This document shows, one piece after another, positions 35,346 to 47,594 of a DNA stretch of 64,000 nt (the stretch's first letter is position 1; each line of letters begins with the position of its first letter). Position numbers and translations under genes: made by a program. A model generated the notes under the pieces. That model did not search any database. It was not told where the DNA came from and was given only the letters and a program-made list of their open reading frames with translations. The stretch is from Octopus sinensis (lineage: Eukaryota): positions 1 to 64,000 of the forward strand of contig NW_021836153.1 in the NCBI RefSeq assembly GCF_006345805.1. The letters run 5' to 3'.

Positions 35346-36741
35346 TATATATACACTTTTGCAAAAAGTGGGCTGACAGCGACTTCAGAGGCGGCTAGCA
35401 GTCCTAAACTTCGAAGTTACTGTCATTCTCTTGTAAAATACACGAGTACTCTACTAAAAGAAAACGATGATAAAGGATTGAGCAATTCTTCAGGTTAATG
35501 TTAAATTGTTTTTATTTATAACTCTCGATATAAAAACATTCATACACTCACACACGTGTGTATGTGTGTGTATGTATGTGTATTATATCCAACAAACTGT
35601 GCCACTACCAGCACTGCCTCTTTTTATCACTCCAAATCAACCACCCATCCTCCACCACCCCGCCCACCCAAATACCTGACCGTCATGGTAGGTAAGAGGA
35701 AGATGTGGGGATAGAGGAGGGGCCCCAATTAATGTTGTGCAGATAAACCATTTGTGGAAGAACCAGTCAGACCCCCACGCCGCCATTTACAATCTACACC
35801 ACCGCCATCTTGCCCCACCCTCCCCTCTTCCTCCTCCACTCCGCTATTTAAGCTTGATCGTTCTTGACATCTCTGATCTACAAAAACCACCAGCACCACC
35901 ACCTCCTCCTCCTACCCCATACATTAAAGGTAGTAGTGCTGCTACTGCTGCTGCGGCGGCTGCCTTTCGTTTGGTTACTGCTGGTGGTGGCAGTAGTAGT
36001 AGTAGTAGTAATGGTGGTGATGGAGGTGGTGGTAATAAAACTGGTCTCAGAATTTCAAAATCAATCTGTTATTCTTTACCGAAAAGAGAAAAAGCGCGAT
36101 GGAAGTAAGACAGACAGACAGACAGGCAGGCAGGCAGGCAGACAAACGTTTTGGAATATTAAGTTACCATCATTCAGGTACCGAGTTCAGTTTCTGCTGA
36201 GAGCTGTTAGCTCTGGAATGTCAATAAATGAAATAGCAGTGATATACGAAGTCCGCTGAATGGCTTACAAGCGTTCACCGGTTGCCCGACTTGCTTAAAA
36301 TCGTAGCCAAATAGCCCTCATGCTACATGCTCAAAACACATTGGATAACTGTGTATGATTGATAATTTTCACTACAAATGTGAAAATAAAGATGAGATGG
36401 TTACGGCTGGAACGCTTTAGTCATGGATCTGCTTGATTAGAATTCACTTGTGGCTTAACGCAAAGAAAGAATGGTTTTGGGTGTTGTTAATGCTTTTATA
36501 GAAACCCTGGTCAGCTTCGATCAAGTAGATTTATGACCCAAGCGTTCCATCAATGACCACTGTTTTATTCTCAGTTAATCAATCGTCTCTCCAAGTGACA
36601 TTATGCGAAGAGTCCTTCCTTATAGGATGAATTTTAAAAAAAGGGGGGGTCTGGCTGGAGGAGAATTTTAGTAGAATTCCCATGTAGACTAGAACGTGAT
36701 GTTGTGTAAAGGGGTAAGTAATTCAAAGACATGTGTGCCAA

Positions 36742-37150
36742 TTGGCTGTGTGGTAAGTAGCTTGTTTCCTAAACACATAGCTGTGGGTTCAGTGCCACTG
36801 TGTGACACATTAGGCAAGTGTCTTCTACTATAGCCTCGGGCCGACCAAAGCCTTGTGGGTGGATTTGGTAGACGGAAACTGAAAGAAACACGTCGTATTT
36901 TTATATGTATATCTATATATTTGTATGTGTGTGTGTGTGTGTATCTGTGCTTGTCCCCCCTCCCACCGTCGCTTGACAACCGATGCTGGTGTGTTTATGA
37001 CACCCATAACTTAGCGGTTCGGCAAAAGAAAACCGATAGAGTAAATAGTACCAGGCTTACAAAGAATATGTCCTCGGGGTCGATTTCTTCGATTAAAAAG
37101 CGGTGCTCCTGCATGGCCGCAGTCAAATGCCTGAAACAAGTAAAAGAGCA
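36742..37150 (+). mobile_element. Full-length SINE family A
   Basis: Both modules present. The head carries variants shared with 39972-40065. Confidence 0.85.
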
Positions 37151-37204
37151 AAAGAATATATAATGATGATGATGATGATGAGCTGTCCCGTCAATGACGA
37201 CGTA

Positions 37205-37425
37205 TGAGAGATCAGCTTTTGCCGATCGATCTGTACGAACGGTTCGTTTGCATTGATCAAATGTATGTGCCGCACGTTAGCTCACTGTCCCTCCATCAAA
37301 TCGACGTTGCTTGAACAGGTGAACGGTGTACCGTGCGTCAGGTGTCGAAGTGATCGCAGAGCAACGTGAGGTGAAGTGTTTTGCTCAAGAACACAACGCA
37401 CCAGCCTGTCTAGGAATTGAAACTG
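37205..37425 (-). mobile_element. SINE family C-related copy
   Basis: Reverse complement contains GCGTTGTGTTCTTGAGCAAAACACTTCAC. Confidence 0.65.
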
Positions 37426-37559
37426 GGATATATGCCCTCATACAAACATACACACACGCATATACATGTATTTTATGTATGCATGTATCTATATATATAT
37501 ATATATATAGGAGATAAATAAAAATATATGCATACATACAAACATATATGTACGTACCT

Positions 37560-37760
37560 ACATCTACATGTATATATACATGCATATATAAATAATTATA
37601 CGGAAGTACAGGACATCACAATAAGACGTAGAAACAGAAAAAGCCAAAAAACAAAAAACAAGAAAACGGAAAACGAAAACCAAATACAGGACAGGTTACA
37701 CAAGGACAAAACCCCCGTCATCAGCTGTCGCTAGAGGAGTCAGGCATGTTTCGAAGGCAT
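37560..37760. mobile_element. Interspersed repeat family G (ACAGGACATCA...AAAACG...CCTTCATCAG), also at 43200-43400 and 61430-61570
   Basis: Three homologous copies seen in the window. Confidence 0.65.
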
Positions 37761-37870
37761 ATATATATATATATATATATATATAACGAAGTACGAGCAA
37801 TGGGATTGATGGCATCCAGAAGATGGCTGCCCCTGTGTCAAAATTTGAAACCATTATTATGACTATGTGC

Positions 37871-37925
<55 letters not shown>

Positions 37926-38032
37926 TGCAGTGGAACAGAATCCCTTGTGAGAGAAAAAATTTTACTCAAAATATATATTATAGTTTAAAGACTTAGTTGT
38001 TAGCAAGGGACTTTCAGTTTTGAAAGAGAGAT

Positions 38033-38106
38033 GGGGGTGGAGAGTGAGAGGGGGTGGAGAGTGAGAGGGGGTGGAGAGTGAGAGGGGGTGGAGAGTGAGA
38101 GGGGGG
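38033..38106. repeat. 17-bp G-rich minisatellite (GGGGGTGGAGAGTGAGA) x4.4
   Basis: Four identical units plus a partial unit. Confidence 0.95.
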
Positions 38107-39001
38107 TGTCTGTGTCTGACTAAGCATGTACAAAGTAATACAGAATTTGTCACTATCGAAAATTGTCCCAATCTGGGTCAAGACGTACACTCGTGTGTGT
38201 AGTATGTTTGTATGCGTGTTTGTGTGTGTGTGTACCTACATACCACTGCAGGTATACATCTATATATATTTTGCGTCTGATTAGCTAGGTGTGTATATTA
38301 TACAGGATATCTGCATGTATGGTTATATTTCATAGGATGGCGTGTGGGTGTGTGTGTGTATAGCAATAAGAAAATGGAGGGGATCAATTGGTGGTTCATC
38401 AACTTTTAGACATTATATTGTGTTAACTTATTTATTTACTATACATATATATATAAATATATATATATGTGCATATGAATTTATTTATGTGTGTCTTAAT
38501 GTTATATTCATGTAGGTATTTATGTACGCATATCTACATATGAAAGTGTGCAAGCATGTATATACGTATGTATACGTTCATGTGTGTGTTGTGAGAGAGG
38601 TGTATGTGTGTGTGTTTGTGTGTGCATGAAAGTGTGCAAAGCAGTGGAGCGTATCTTATGTCTCTGACAACGAAGACATTAACCTGACAGAGTCAGGTGT
38701 GCTAAACCAAGTAAAAAAAAAAAAGAAAGAAAAAGAAATGATATACCCGACAAACAAATAAATACTTTACCACCCTGCTTTTCCTACGAGGTGGTGGCAG
38801 TAAATTTTCCTCTTAAATAAACAACACCACAATATACAATAATATTGATTCGTTGTTTACGTGATTCTAATAGAGCTAAACTATAGAGAGGGGGGCGGCT
38901 TCGTTTCAGGATGAATGATGCACAATAAAAGGTGAGATGAGAGGTGTATACAGACAGAGACTAGCTAATTATATGTGTGTGCGTGTGTGCGTGCGTGTGT
39001 G

Positions 39002-39003
<2 letters not shown>

Positions 39004-39084
<81 letters not shown>
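39004..39084. repeat. (AGAT)n tetranucleotide microsatellite, ~20 units
   Basis: Direct reading of the sequence. Confidence 0.95.
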
Positions 39085-39085
<1 letters not shown>

Positions 39086-39971
39086 CAGTGAAAATAAATT
39101 AAAAGAAATAAGACGGTAGAGAAACGGTTAGTGGAAATAGACAATTAGACGCAGAACACTTCTCGTCAACCAAGGAGTCCAGAATCAACGTAGTTTCGGC
39201 GCAATTAAGTCGAGGGATTGATCCCATAGGACCACTGTTCTAGATGTGCCGGTGACATCACTGAGGTAGTGGGCATTATGAGAAAACAACCAAAAACATG
39301 GAAAATAACATAGGAGTGACACGACACGTTAAAGACAATAATAGATGTGTTTATAGTTCAAGGAAAAATGAAAGCAGTATTTATTGGTTTTCGACCTGGA
39401 ATAGAATGGAACGATAGACACGTAACCCTCGTCGGAATAAAAGTTAAATGAGAGGAAATGGAAGAGCGGGAGAGGGTGGAAAAAAAACTAAAGAGAAGGA
39501 GAGAAAGGGGGCAGGAAAGAGGTGGTGAGTCGAATAAGAAGACGAGAATATGACTTTCGAACTCTAGTAACGATAGGGTCGAGGTACGAGAACGTATAAA
39601 CTGGACTAAGTCCAACTTGTAAAAAGAGAGGAGGGACGGAAAAGACATCATGAGACTGACCACAGGAGCAGTACAGGTTCCAAGAATGGAAGGTACATGA
39701 CTGAGAAAATATGATAGTGCAGAAGGAGAGTGCAGAGAGAGAAGGAAGACAATTAGGTAGAGCAAGGGTAGGTGACAAGGAGAGAAAAATACACTGAGGT
39801 GGGGTGGGAGAGAAAGGTACAATGATCACAGTGGGAGAAAAATATTATTAGATGATCAATAAACAAAACTGTGTGGTTAGGAATAATTGTAGTTAAAATA
39901 AAATAAGACGACATAGAAAAGGACCAATGGTAAAGTGCATTTATTAGACATCGAATACTTGGATGTTAGAC

Positions 39972-40140
39972 TGCAGTAGAAGGCACTTGCCCAAGGTGCC
40001 ACGCAGTGGCACTGAACCTACAGCTATGTGGTTAGGAAACAAGCTACTTACCACACAGCCACTTGGCACACGTCTTTGAAATACTTAGCCCTTTACACAT
40101 CACGTTCTAGTTTACATGGGAATTGTACTAAAATTCTCTG
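39972..40140 (-). repeat. Inverted copy of 36661-36830 (SINE A head plus ~80 bp of 5' flank)
   Basis: Reverse complement aligns from GAGAATTTTAGTA through the SINE head and shares the non-consensus bases. Confidence 0.85.
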
Positions 40141-41266
40141 GAAGCATTTTTTTGAAAAAAAAAAAATGCATTTTTCAAGGAGAGGTGCAAAACTGCATTA
40201 ACCCCCAATAAATGGATGAGAACTACTGCTATAATAAATAAATCATCTGTGCGGGTTGTTTAGCAAGTAATTGCAGAACTCTTATCTGTCGTTTACGAGA
40301 GGAAAGTTTACGATAACTAGTGATGCATGAATATTCACCCACCTTCGTGTAGGATATTAGGCCGATCAAGTAAGCCTGTTTACTCTTCAACGAGTTGGTC
40401 GTCGTGGAAGAATGAGTGGAACATATCTTCAAATCAAAGACATGGTTTGAGTCTTTTGTTTCAGTCAATAGACTGCGGCCACCTTGAAGAACTTTTTAGC
40501 TGAATGAATCGGCGCCAATACCTTTCTTTTTTTATATTTGATCGGGTCTTTTTTGCTGAATCGTTAAATTGCGGGAACGTTATAAAAGCAACACCGGTTG
40601 TCAGCTGACCAAAACCTCGTGAGTGAATTTGGTTGATGGAAACTGTGGAAGCCAGTGTATATGCATGTATCTTCGTGTCTGTCCCTCTCCACATCTTCTC
40701 ATCTGGTGTTGGTTTGTTTACGCTGCAGTTCAGCAAAAGAGAACGATAGAATAAGTGCCAGGTTGAAAAAATAAGTATCGGTGTCCATTCATTTAACCAA
40801 ATTCTTCAAGGCAGTGTCCATCATAGCCGCGGTCCAATGATTGAAGCAAACAAAAAGACGGATACTTGAACAAATACGTGTGTATGGAGTTAGTCTGGTT
40901 CTATAGGGCAAAGTTACAGGATAAGTGAGACGAAACTACGCTAATTCTGGATCCCATCTATTCCAGAAAAAATTTGCAAAAATGTTACAGGTGTTCAAAT
41001 TTTGACAATTTCCAGAATTTTCAGCCAATCAAAACAGTGCGTTCGCTGTCTCTTATATCATCAGGGGGCGGGAGGAGGCATCGGCATGTCAAAACATTAA
41101 ACTAAAAATTGTTGAGTGCGAGTTCCATCTGTTATGAAAACAAACAATTGCAGAACAAGTGGTGGTTACACTTTGTGCGCATGCGCAGCATCTTTGGTTA
41201 CTATGAAAACAGTTCTTCGCAATCAGCTATGGAACACGTGGTGCCTCTTTGATTTGGTAACTAATA

Positions 41267-41482
41267 TATCTCTTTATTGCCCACAAGGGGCTAAACAAGT
41301 ACAGACAAACGGATTAAGTCGATTACATCAACCCCAGCGCGAAACTGGTAGTTTATTTATCGACCCCAAAAGGATGAAAGGCAAAGTCGACCTCGGCGGA
41401 GTTTGAACTCAGAACGTAACGACAGACGAAATACCGCTAAGCATTTCGCCCGGCGCGCTAACGTGTCTGCCAGCTCGCCGCC
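41267..41482 (-). mobile_element. Full-length SINE family B monomer with a 14-bp target-site duplication
   Basis: TTTGGTAACTAATA at 41253-41266 and 41489-41502 flanks an intact copy starting GGCGGCGAGCTGGCAG. Confidence 0.9.
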
Positions 41483-42589
41483 CCTTTCTTTGGTAACTAA
41501 TAGAAACAGACTTCTTCGCCACAGTGATGTCTAAAATACTCGCTTCTGATTGGCTAAAACCCAAATTTTGCAAATTTTAAAGGCTAATAACTTTTTAATC
41601 ATAGATTTATAGGGAAAAATGAGTTTCATTTTCGTAACTAGAATACAAAACTTAATCTATAAACCAAATTTGAAAACAACTGGAACAAAATCGTAGAGAG
41701 TGACAAAAACCACAAAATTCCGAAAAAAAAAAAAGAAAAGTTGGAGAATGATATAAAGTGTAAAAGAGGCAGAATAATCTAGATAATTGTAGACTAGTGC
41801 AGCTAACACCATTACATGGCACCGATGTATCCAGCCAGTAGTAATTATTTTGACCAGGTTTCATTGTCTGTAGCCAACACGGTGTCGTGATGTGCTGCTT
41901 GTCTTCTACCCTGTGCGTGTGTGTGTGTGTGTGTGTGTTCGGTCAGACCTACCAAGACACACTGTAAGACTCACAGTCACAAAACAGCATCAACACACCA
42001 CCAATACCTCAACCACAATGAACACCACCACTACCAAGACTACAACCACCAACGCTCTACGCCAATATATACACTGGCAAATTGCCATCATATCCCTCCC
42101 CCGTTCCTTTACTTGCCTCGCTCGCATTTGATCGTCTCACCACATTGTCAACTGTTGCATATGTACCCCGACGACCACACCACGTCACCTGGTCGTAATT
42201 ACCGCCACCGCCGCCGCCACGACTGCTAGTAGAATTGTTATTGTAGTGACTGCTACTACATGTTTTAAGAGGTTCTAAGTAGCTACTTAAACACAATTAC
42301 ACAGTTTCACCTGTCTCTCTACCTGGCTGGTTGAATGGCTGCGTCACTACACACACTCTCTCTCTCTCTCTCTCTCTCTCTCATACACACACATATTTAC
42401 ATACTTCCACACAAGAGTTGTGCGGAGTATTTATGAGTGTGTAGTTATGGGCACACACACAAACACAGACAGATAGATATACACATTTAGACAAATAGAT
42501 AGACAACCGGATAGTCAGACACATTTACAAACGGACAGACATGTGCGCACGCACACACAAACACTATTTTTTTTTTTTTAATTATTATT

Positions 42590-42790
42590 CGTACCGGACG
42601 AAATGTTTAGTGGTATTTCGCCCGTCACTACGTTCTGAGTTCAAATTCTGACGAGGTCGACTTTACCTTTCATCCTTTTGGGGTCGATAAATTAAGTACC
42701 AGTTACACACTGGGGCCAACGTAATCGATTATCCTCCTTCCCCCTAATTTCAGGCCTTGTGCCTATAGTACAAAGGATTATTATTATTAT
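42590..42790 (+). mobile_element. SINE family B (second tail type) ending in (ATT)n
   Basis: GGTATTTCGCCCGTCACTACGTTCTGAGTTCAAATTC...TTTCAGGCCTTGTGCCTATAGTACAAAGGATTATTATT. Confidence 0.8.
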
Positions 42791-42799
42791 TGAGAGGGA

Positions 42800-42958
42800 G
42801 CAGTGAATACCATCAAAGTGACACTGCGATAAAACATACGAAGCCCAGTATACCCATCATGACTACCCGTGTGATAAGGGTACACCAGGCACATACATCA
42901 CAAACATATGTGAGCGACATGGTGATCTCATATCAAGATAAACACTGCGTGATCATCA
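42800..42958 (+). mobile_element. Fragment of the same LINE-type 3' repeat as 16104-16590
   Basis: CATCAAAGTGACACTG...CATACGAAGCCCAGTATAC...GATCTCATATCAAGATAAAC. Confidence 0.7.
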
Positions 42959-43399
42959 TCATCATCATCATTATTATTATTATTATTTGATTCGGCCTCG
43001 TGCAACTTAAAGTTTCGTAGGTTCGAGTTGCATGGGGGCAAATCAAAACTATTTCAAATAATAATATATGTAACTCCTACTAAATGTGTGAAGTGCCCCT
43101 TCCGATTGTCCACTTGTGTGCGTACATACATAAATATACACACACACTGTTTTATATATAAATATATGCATGTATACCTACATATATATGTATATAAACA
43201 TGCATATATGGGTACAGGATATAAAAAAAAACGTCAACAAAATGAGAAACGAGAACATAAAAAACAAAAACATAGAAAACGAACTTTTTTTTCGAACAAC
43301 GAAAGAAATGGAGAAACAAGACAGGCAACATAAAGAACATTCTCTTCATCAGTTGTCCCCTGTTTATCTACTCTGCATTTCGAAGGTAGGGACTGTGTA

Positions 43400-43441
<42 letters not shown>

Positions 43442-44262
43442 ATATAGGAAGTGTATGGGTTTTATATCCATGCAAGGCTGTAATGTATTTTACACGTTAC
43501 CATGTAGCACACATTGCAACATGTTTCCATGGTCGGATCGTCGTTGGTTAAACTGCTAATTCCACTCCATCATGCTTGCTTGCTACAAAGGAGTTACTAC
43601 TATAAACCCAACAGGATAAAAGCAAAACCGTGTTACAGAAAACGGGGGTCTCCCGTCTCATGTCCCCAGCACGCTATTTAGCAAGAGTATGCGGGGACAT
43701 GATGTGCGGGGGTGGTGTCAGACAACTAGGAGTGATGAGTAAAATCGGATTCTCTAACTGTGGCGAAGGAAGCTTATCTAGAAGGGGAGTAGGTCACTTC
43801 GAATAGAAACCTGATCGGTTAACTATTTGTATCTAATAATCCTGACAGCTGCTGTCCTTTCAGTGATGATGTATATGACCAAGTAAGGCAGTGTGGAGTG
43901 ATGTATAAGCCAAGTCTTCCTTCTCTTATCGATATCTTAAATTGTTGGTCGCCATAGATCATCCCCTTAATAGCGCTGAACTTAAAAATACCCCACATCA
44001 TTTGGGTGAGTTCAGTTGGACTAAAATGTCACATTCCCAATGCGACCCATTAATAAATGATGAGGAGGCGCCGACAGTGAAAGCGAGCAAGAAGCCGTAA
44101 TCAGATTCCACAGTAAGCGTTGTCTTCTTCGTAAAAGGTAACATGCTTGGGAATAGGTCTATCTGCAGATATGAAGATGGCGCTTGTAGACCATCACATT
44201 CGGCTGACGTCCTGTCAACATAAGTGTGTGTGTGTGTGTAATTAAACAAAATAATATATATA

Positions 44263-44648
44263 TCTTTATATATAAAAGAGAAGTTGTGTGTCTGTCTCCT
44301 ACGATTTAGATTCCTAACTACTCCCACATTTTGCGGTGCAGTTTAACCAAAACCGGGTATCTTATAGTCGTGATTCATATCGAGCCCTTCTGGGTATTAG
44401 CGTGCGTCTACGATTAAAAACAAAATTTACCATCAATTTTTCCCATTTTTTAATGCATTTTTGGCATATATAAGGGAAGTAACTCTCTAAAAATTTATTA
44501 TTAAATCTCAGAACGTAAAAAGCTACAGTAACACCCCCTTCCAATTGTGGTTAGCCATATTGAGATGGCTATTATACTTTACATCTCTAAAAATGCTTAT
44601 ATAGTTATTTCCCTTACAAACCCGAGCAACGCCGGGCGATACTGCTAG
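44263..44648 (+). mobile_element. Non-autonomous Helitron-like element
   Basis: 5' TCTTTATATATAAAA, 3' CCCGAGCAACGCCGGGCGATACTGCTAG. The 3' ~70 bp are homologous to the 31072 element. Confidence 0.7.
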
Positions 44649-46065
44649 TATATATATATATAATTAAACAAAATAGTAGTGAGAGATGAAATGCTTATTT
44701 CCATTTGTTGACAGCTGTTTCGTAATCTGTACCGTAATTAGTGCCCATGTCTATGTTCTGTCTGTAACATAGCGATGTTATAAACAAACATTACTACAAG
44801 AAGTACAGGAGTCGATGTGATCGGCTAAGAGCCTCCAGATGACCACAGTCGAATCACTGAACCCATGAAAAGACTGTACCTTGTATATCCGTGTCTCTGA
44901 TTACGTAAAACTCATACCGTTTCAAAACAGGTAACTAAGTGGGTCCTGAAACAGACACTGATAAAATAAGTCACAAACTGAAATAAGTGTAATAAAGTAT
45001 AAGTTTTGAAGGTTATGCTCCTAAAATAAAGAATGTAGACACATACACACACACACACATATGTTGTTTCATATATATACACACAGAGATATATGGTTGG
45101 GGTACCTATGCAACTTCAGGGAAGCCATCTAGACACCTCATTGCTATTAGTTTTTGCAACTCCTAACATTCATTTTCTCTTTCTCTCCCCTTCCCCTACG
45201 AGGTAATGAGTAAGCTCATCAGACCCTCTAAAAGGACCTACACTACATGCTCCTTTCCATAGTTCAATCCCTCGTCCACAAGCAAGACGCTGGCAACCAC
45301 ACCAGCCCTCAACTCCAGGGCTTGTCGTTCTGCCAACTTCACGGCAACCTCAATAATGCAGGTTGCACGGAAGAAAAATCTCCAGTCCCCGCTGTAAAAT
45401 GGTTGGTGTTATAGGAAGGGTATCCAGTCGTAGAAACCATTAGAACATGATGCAAGCACTTGGACCCATTGGATCTTGTCAAACTGTCCAATCTGGTGAG
45501 TTTACGTGCCCGGAGCTTATTCTCTCGGTCTCTTTAGCCGAACCGCTATGTACCGGGCTTTAAAAAACAAACAAGAACTGGGATCGATTTCCTCCGACAA
45601 AAAATTCTTCAAGGTGGTGCCCCAGCATGGCCGCAGTCAAAATGACTGAAACAAATAAAAGAATAAAAGAATATGTACACGCGCGCGTGCATGCATGCTT
45701 ACACACACGACTAGTAAAGAGAAAATGTCGGCTAAATACCGAAATTTTCAGCAGTCGCCATCATTATTCACAGAAATGAGATAATGAAAGAATTAGAAAG
45801 ACTTCTTAGCCATTATCTCTACAACAACAACAACAGCAACGCCAACTACTGCTTCTACTACTACTACAGTAATGGCAAAAACTGTAACAACCACTTAGTA
45901 ATAACAAAAGCGGTGACTATATATAAGATAAACAACAAGTTTATAGTGCATGACGTGTAATGTGCGTGTGTGTATATGTCAACATATACGTTCCATAACA
46001 CAATATGTGTGTAAGTATATGTACATTATGTGTATAGATATATGTAATGTGTATTGTACGTGCTC

Positions 46066-46097
<32 letters not shown>

Positions 46098-46929
46098 TGT
46101 GCGATGTGCGCGTAGTTTTCCTTTCTATAATAATTCTATATAATGCTTATGAGTGCCGTGATAAGAAAACATTTCACAAATAGCATATTCAAGAACAGGT
46201 GGGGGGTGGACTAGATAGACAGATAGAGGGCCAGTAATTTACGGCCAAGGTCAGGCACAGAGAGAGAGAGAGAGAGAGAGAAACACAGGGTTTGTTAGTT
46301 GGATCCTTCTTACACGTCCATCGGCTTGAATGTCGTCCACAAGTCTCACAAGATTTAGATTAATCCACGGCTAAGGTAAGATGAACATCACTTTTCCCAA
46401 GATGCCGAACAGTAGGATTGAACCAGAAAACTTATGACTGGACAACGAATCTACGGTGTTTGTCACACACACACATTCATTCTGGAGACAACGAGTTACA
46501 CACACGTGGGCAAAACACACGCGCACAAAGTTTCAGTGAAGCGAGAAGCCCCGACGTGGTAGCTACAAGAAATAGCAGCCAAATCTCCATCAGCTCGCAC
46601 CTAAACGACTTCTATAACAAAAGGATGCATTGTGTAACGTATTCCTCGATATATCCTAAAATGGCGTATTGGACACGGCCAGAAAGTCTTTGCTCATACC
46701 TCTGCTGAAACAGTATTGACCTGGACTTAAGCAACAACACGAACGAACTGAATTAGGTAGAGAATAAGAAGAGACTGCAGCAACAGAGGATAGCTACCAC
46801 TAAGAATCATGGAGAGCGTCAGTGAGGTCAGGAGTGGGAAGCTTAACATTTTGGACTGAAGCTCTCCATCGGAATACAGAAAAAATATCGCAGGGTCTGT
46901 AGGCTGTATATCAAACTGAGCCTATAGGT

Positions 46930-47215
46930 CGTTGGTTCTCAACCGGGGTCTATATAAGATTGGAGGGGGGGGGACAAACAAAATAATCAGCTGGGAATGC
47001 ACAGTAATATATTAAGGGTTCATGAAAAAAAATTTTGTTTTAGATGAATTTATTGAAAGAAACAGCTAGGTTTCTTTCTCGAACACTTTACATAATTTGA
47101 ACTATGTTAGGGTGTGAAAAGCAAAGTAGCAATTTTGAAAGGAGTATCTATACATTGAATGGCTATAAGGGTCCACCAGAATAAAATAGTAATCGAAGGG
47201 GTCGAAAAGTAAACT
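46930..47215. mobile_element. Probable hAT-like MITE remnant
   Basis: Starts GTTGGTTCTCAACCGGGGTC (resembles a CAGTGGTTCTCAACC-type TIR). The right end is degenerate. Confidence 0.35.
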
Positions 47216-47533
47216 GTTGTAGACGACTGTACGTCAGACCATTGGTGCCTATAGGTTTTATGCCAAGCCAAAAGCACGTAGGGTACAAGTCAGTCAATGG
47301 GACTGGCTGTTGGCTATGGTGGAAGACAACAACAGTTCAAACTTGACACTTTGCTTGCCTCACCACAAACAAGTAAATAAACAGACCGCCAGAAGTAGAT
47401 AGGAAGATGTAATTTGACAAACGGACATAGAAGAGACCGGACACAGAGCAGACAGACAGGCAAGCAAATATACGTAACATGGATGAAGAAGACAGACATG
47501 CAGAAGGCAGTAGTAGTAGTAGTAAGGACTTAC

Positions 47534-47594
47534 CTTTAGTTATTGCCGCTAAATGTAAATACAGCAGAAGTAATAATCCAAAACCTTTATCCAT
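47534..47594 (-). CDS. Putative first coding exon (signal peptide) of an unidentified secreted or membrane protein
   Basis: ATG...ACT AAA G|GTAAGT encodes MDKGFGLLLLLYLHLAAITK(G): charged n-region, hydrophobic h-region and a phase-1 perfect-consensus donor. There is an in-frame TAA two codons upstream of the ATG and no acceptor in the preceding ~100 nt. No downstream exon was confidently found. Confidence 0.45.

Noticed and set aside
35737-36259. Poly-Pro/Ala/Ser/Gly ORFs
   Set aside because: Built from trinucleotide simple repeats, with no splice signals or recognisable domain.
37700-37760. Permuted (GAAA before CTGATGA) hammerhead-like arrangement in repeat family G (also 43340-43385)
   Set aside because: Both half-motifs recur, but stem I does not pair, U16.1 is absent and stem II depends on several wobbles. 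A family consensus would be needed to revisit this.
39358-39829. 154-aa and 113-aa minus-strand ORFs
   Set aside because: Ser/Leu/Pro/Phe-rich translations of a pyrimidine-rich tract, likely a retroelement UTR, with no domain motifs.
44918-44945. Minus-strand 28-nt exon with good acceptor and donor
   Set aside because: It has a stop in phase 1 (the phase required after the signal exon) and in phase 0, and is unsupported without an intervening exon.
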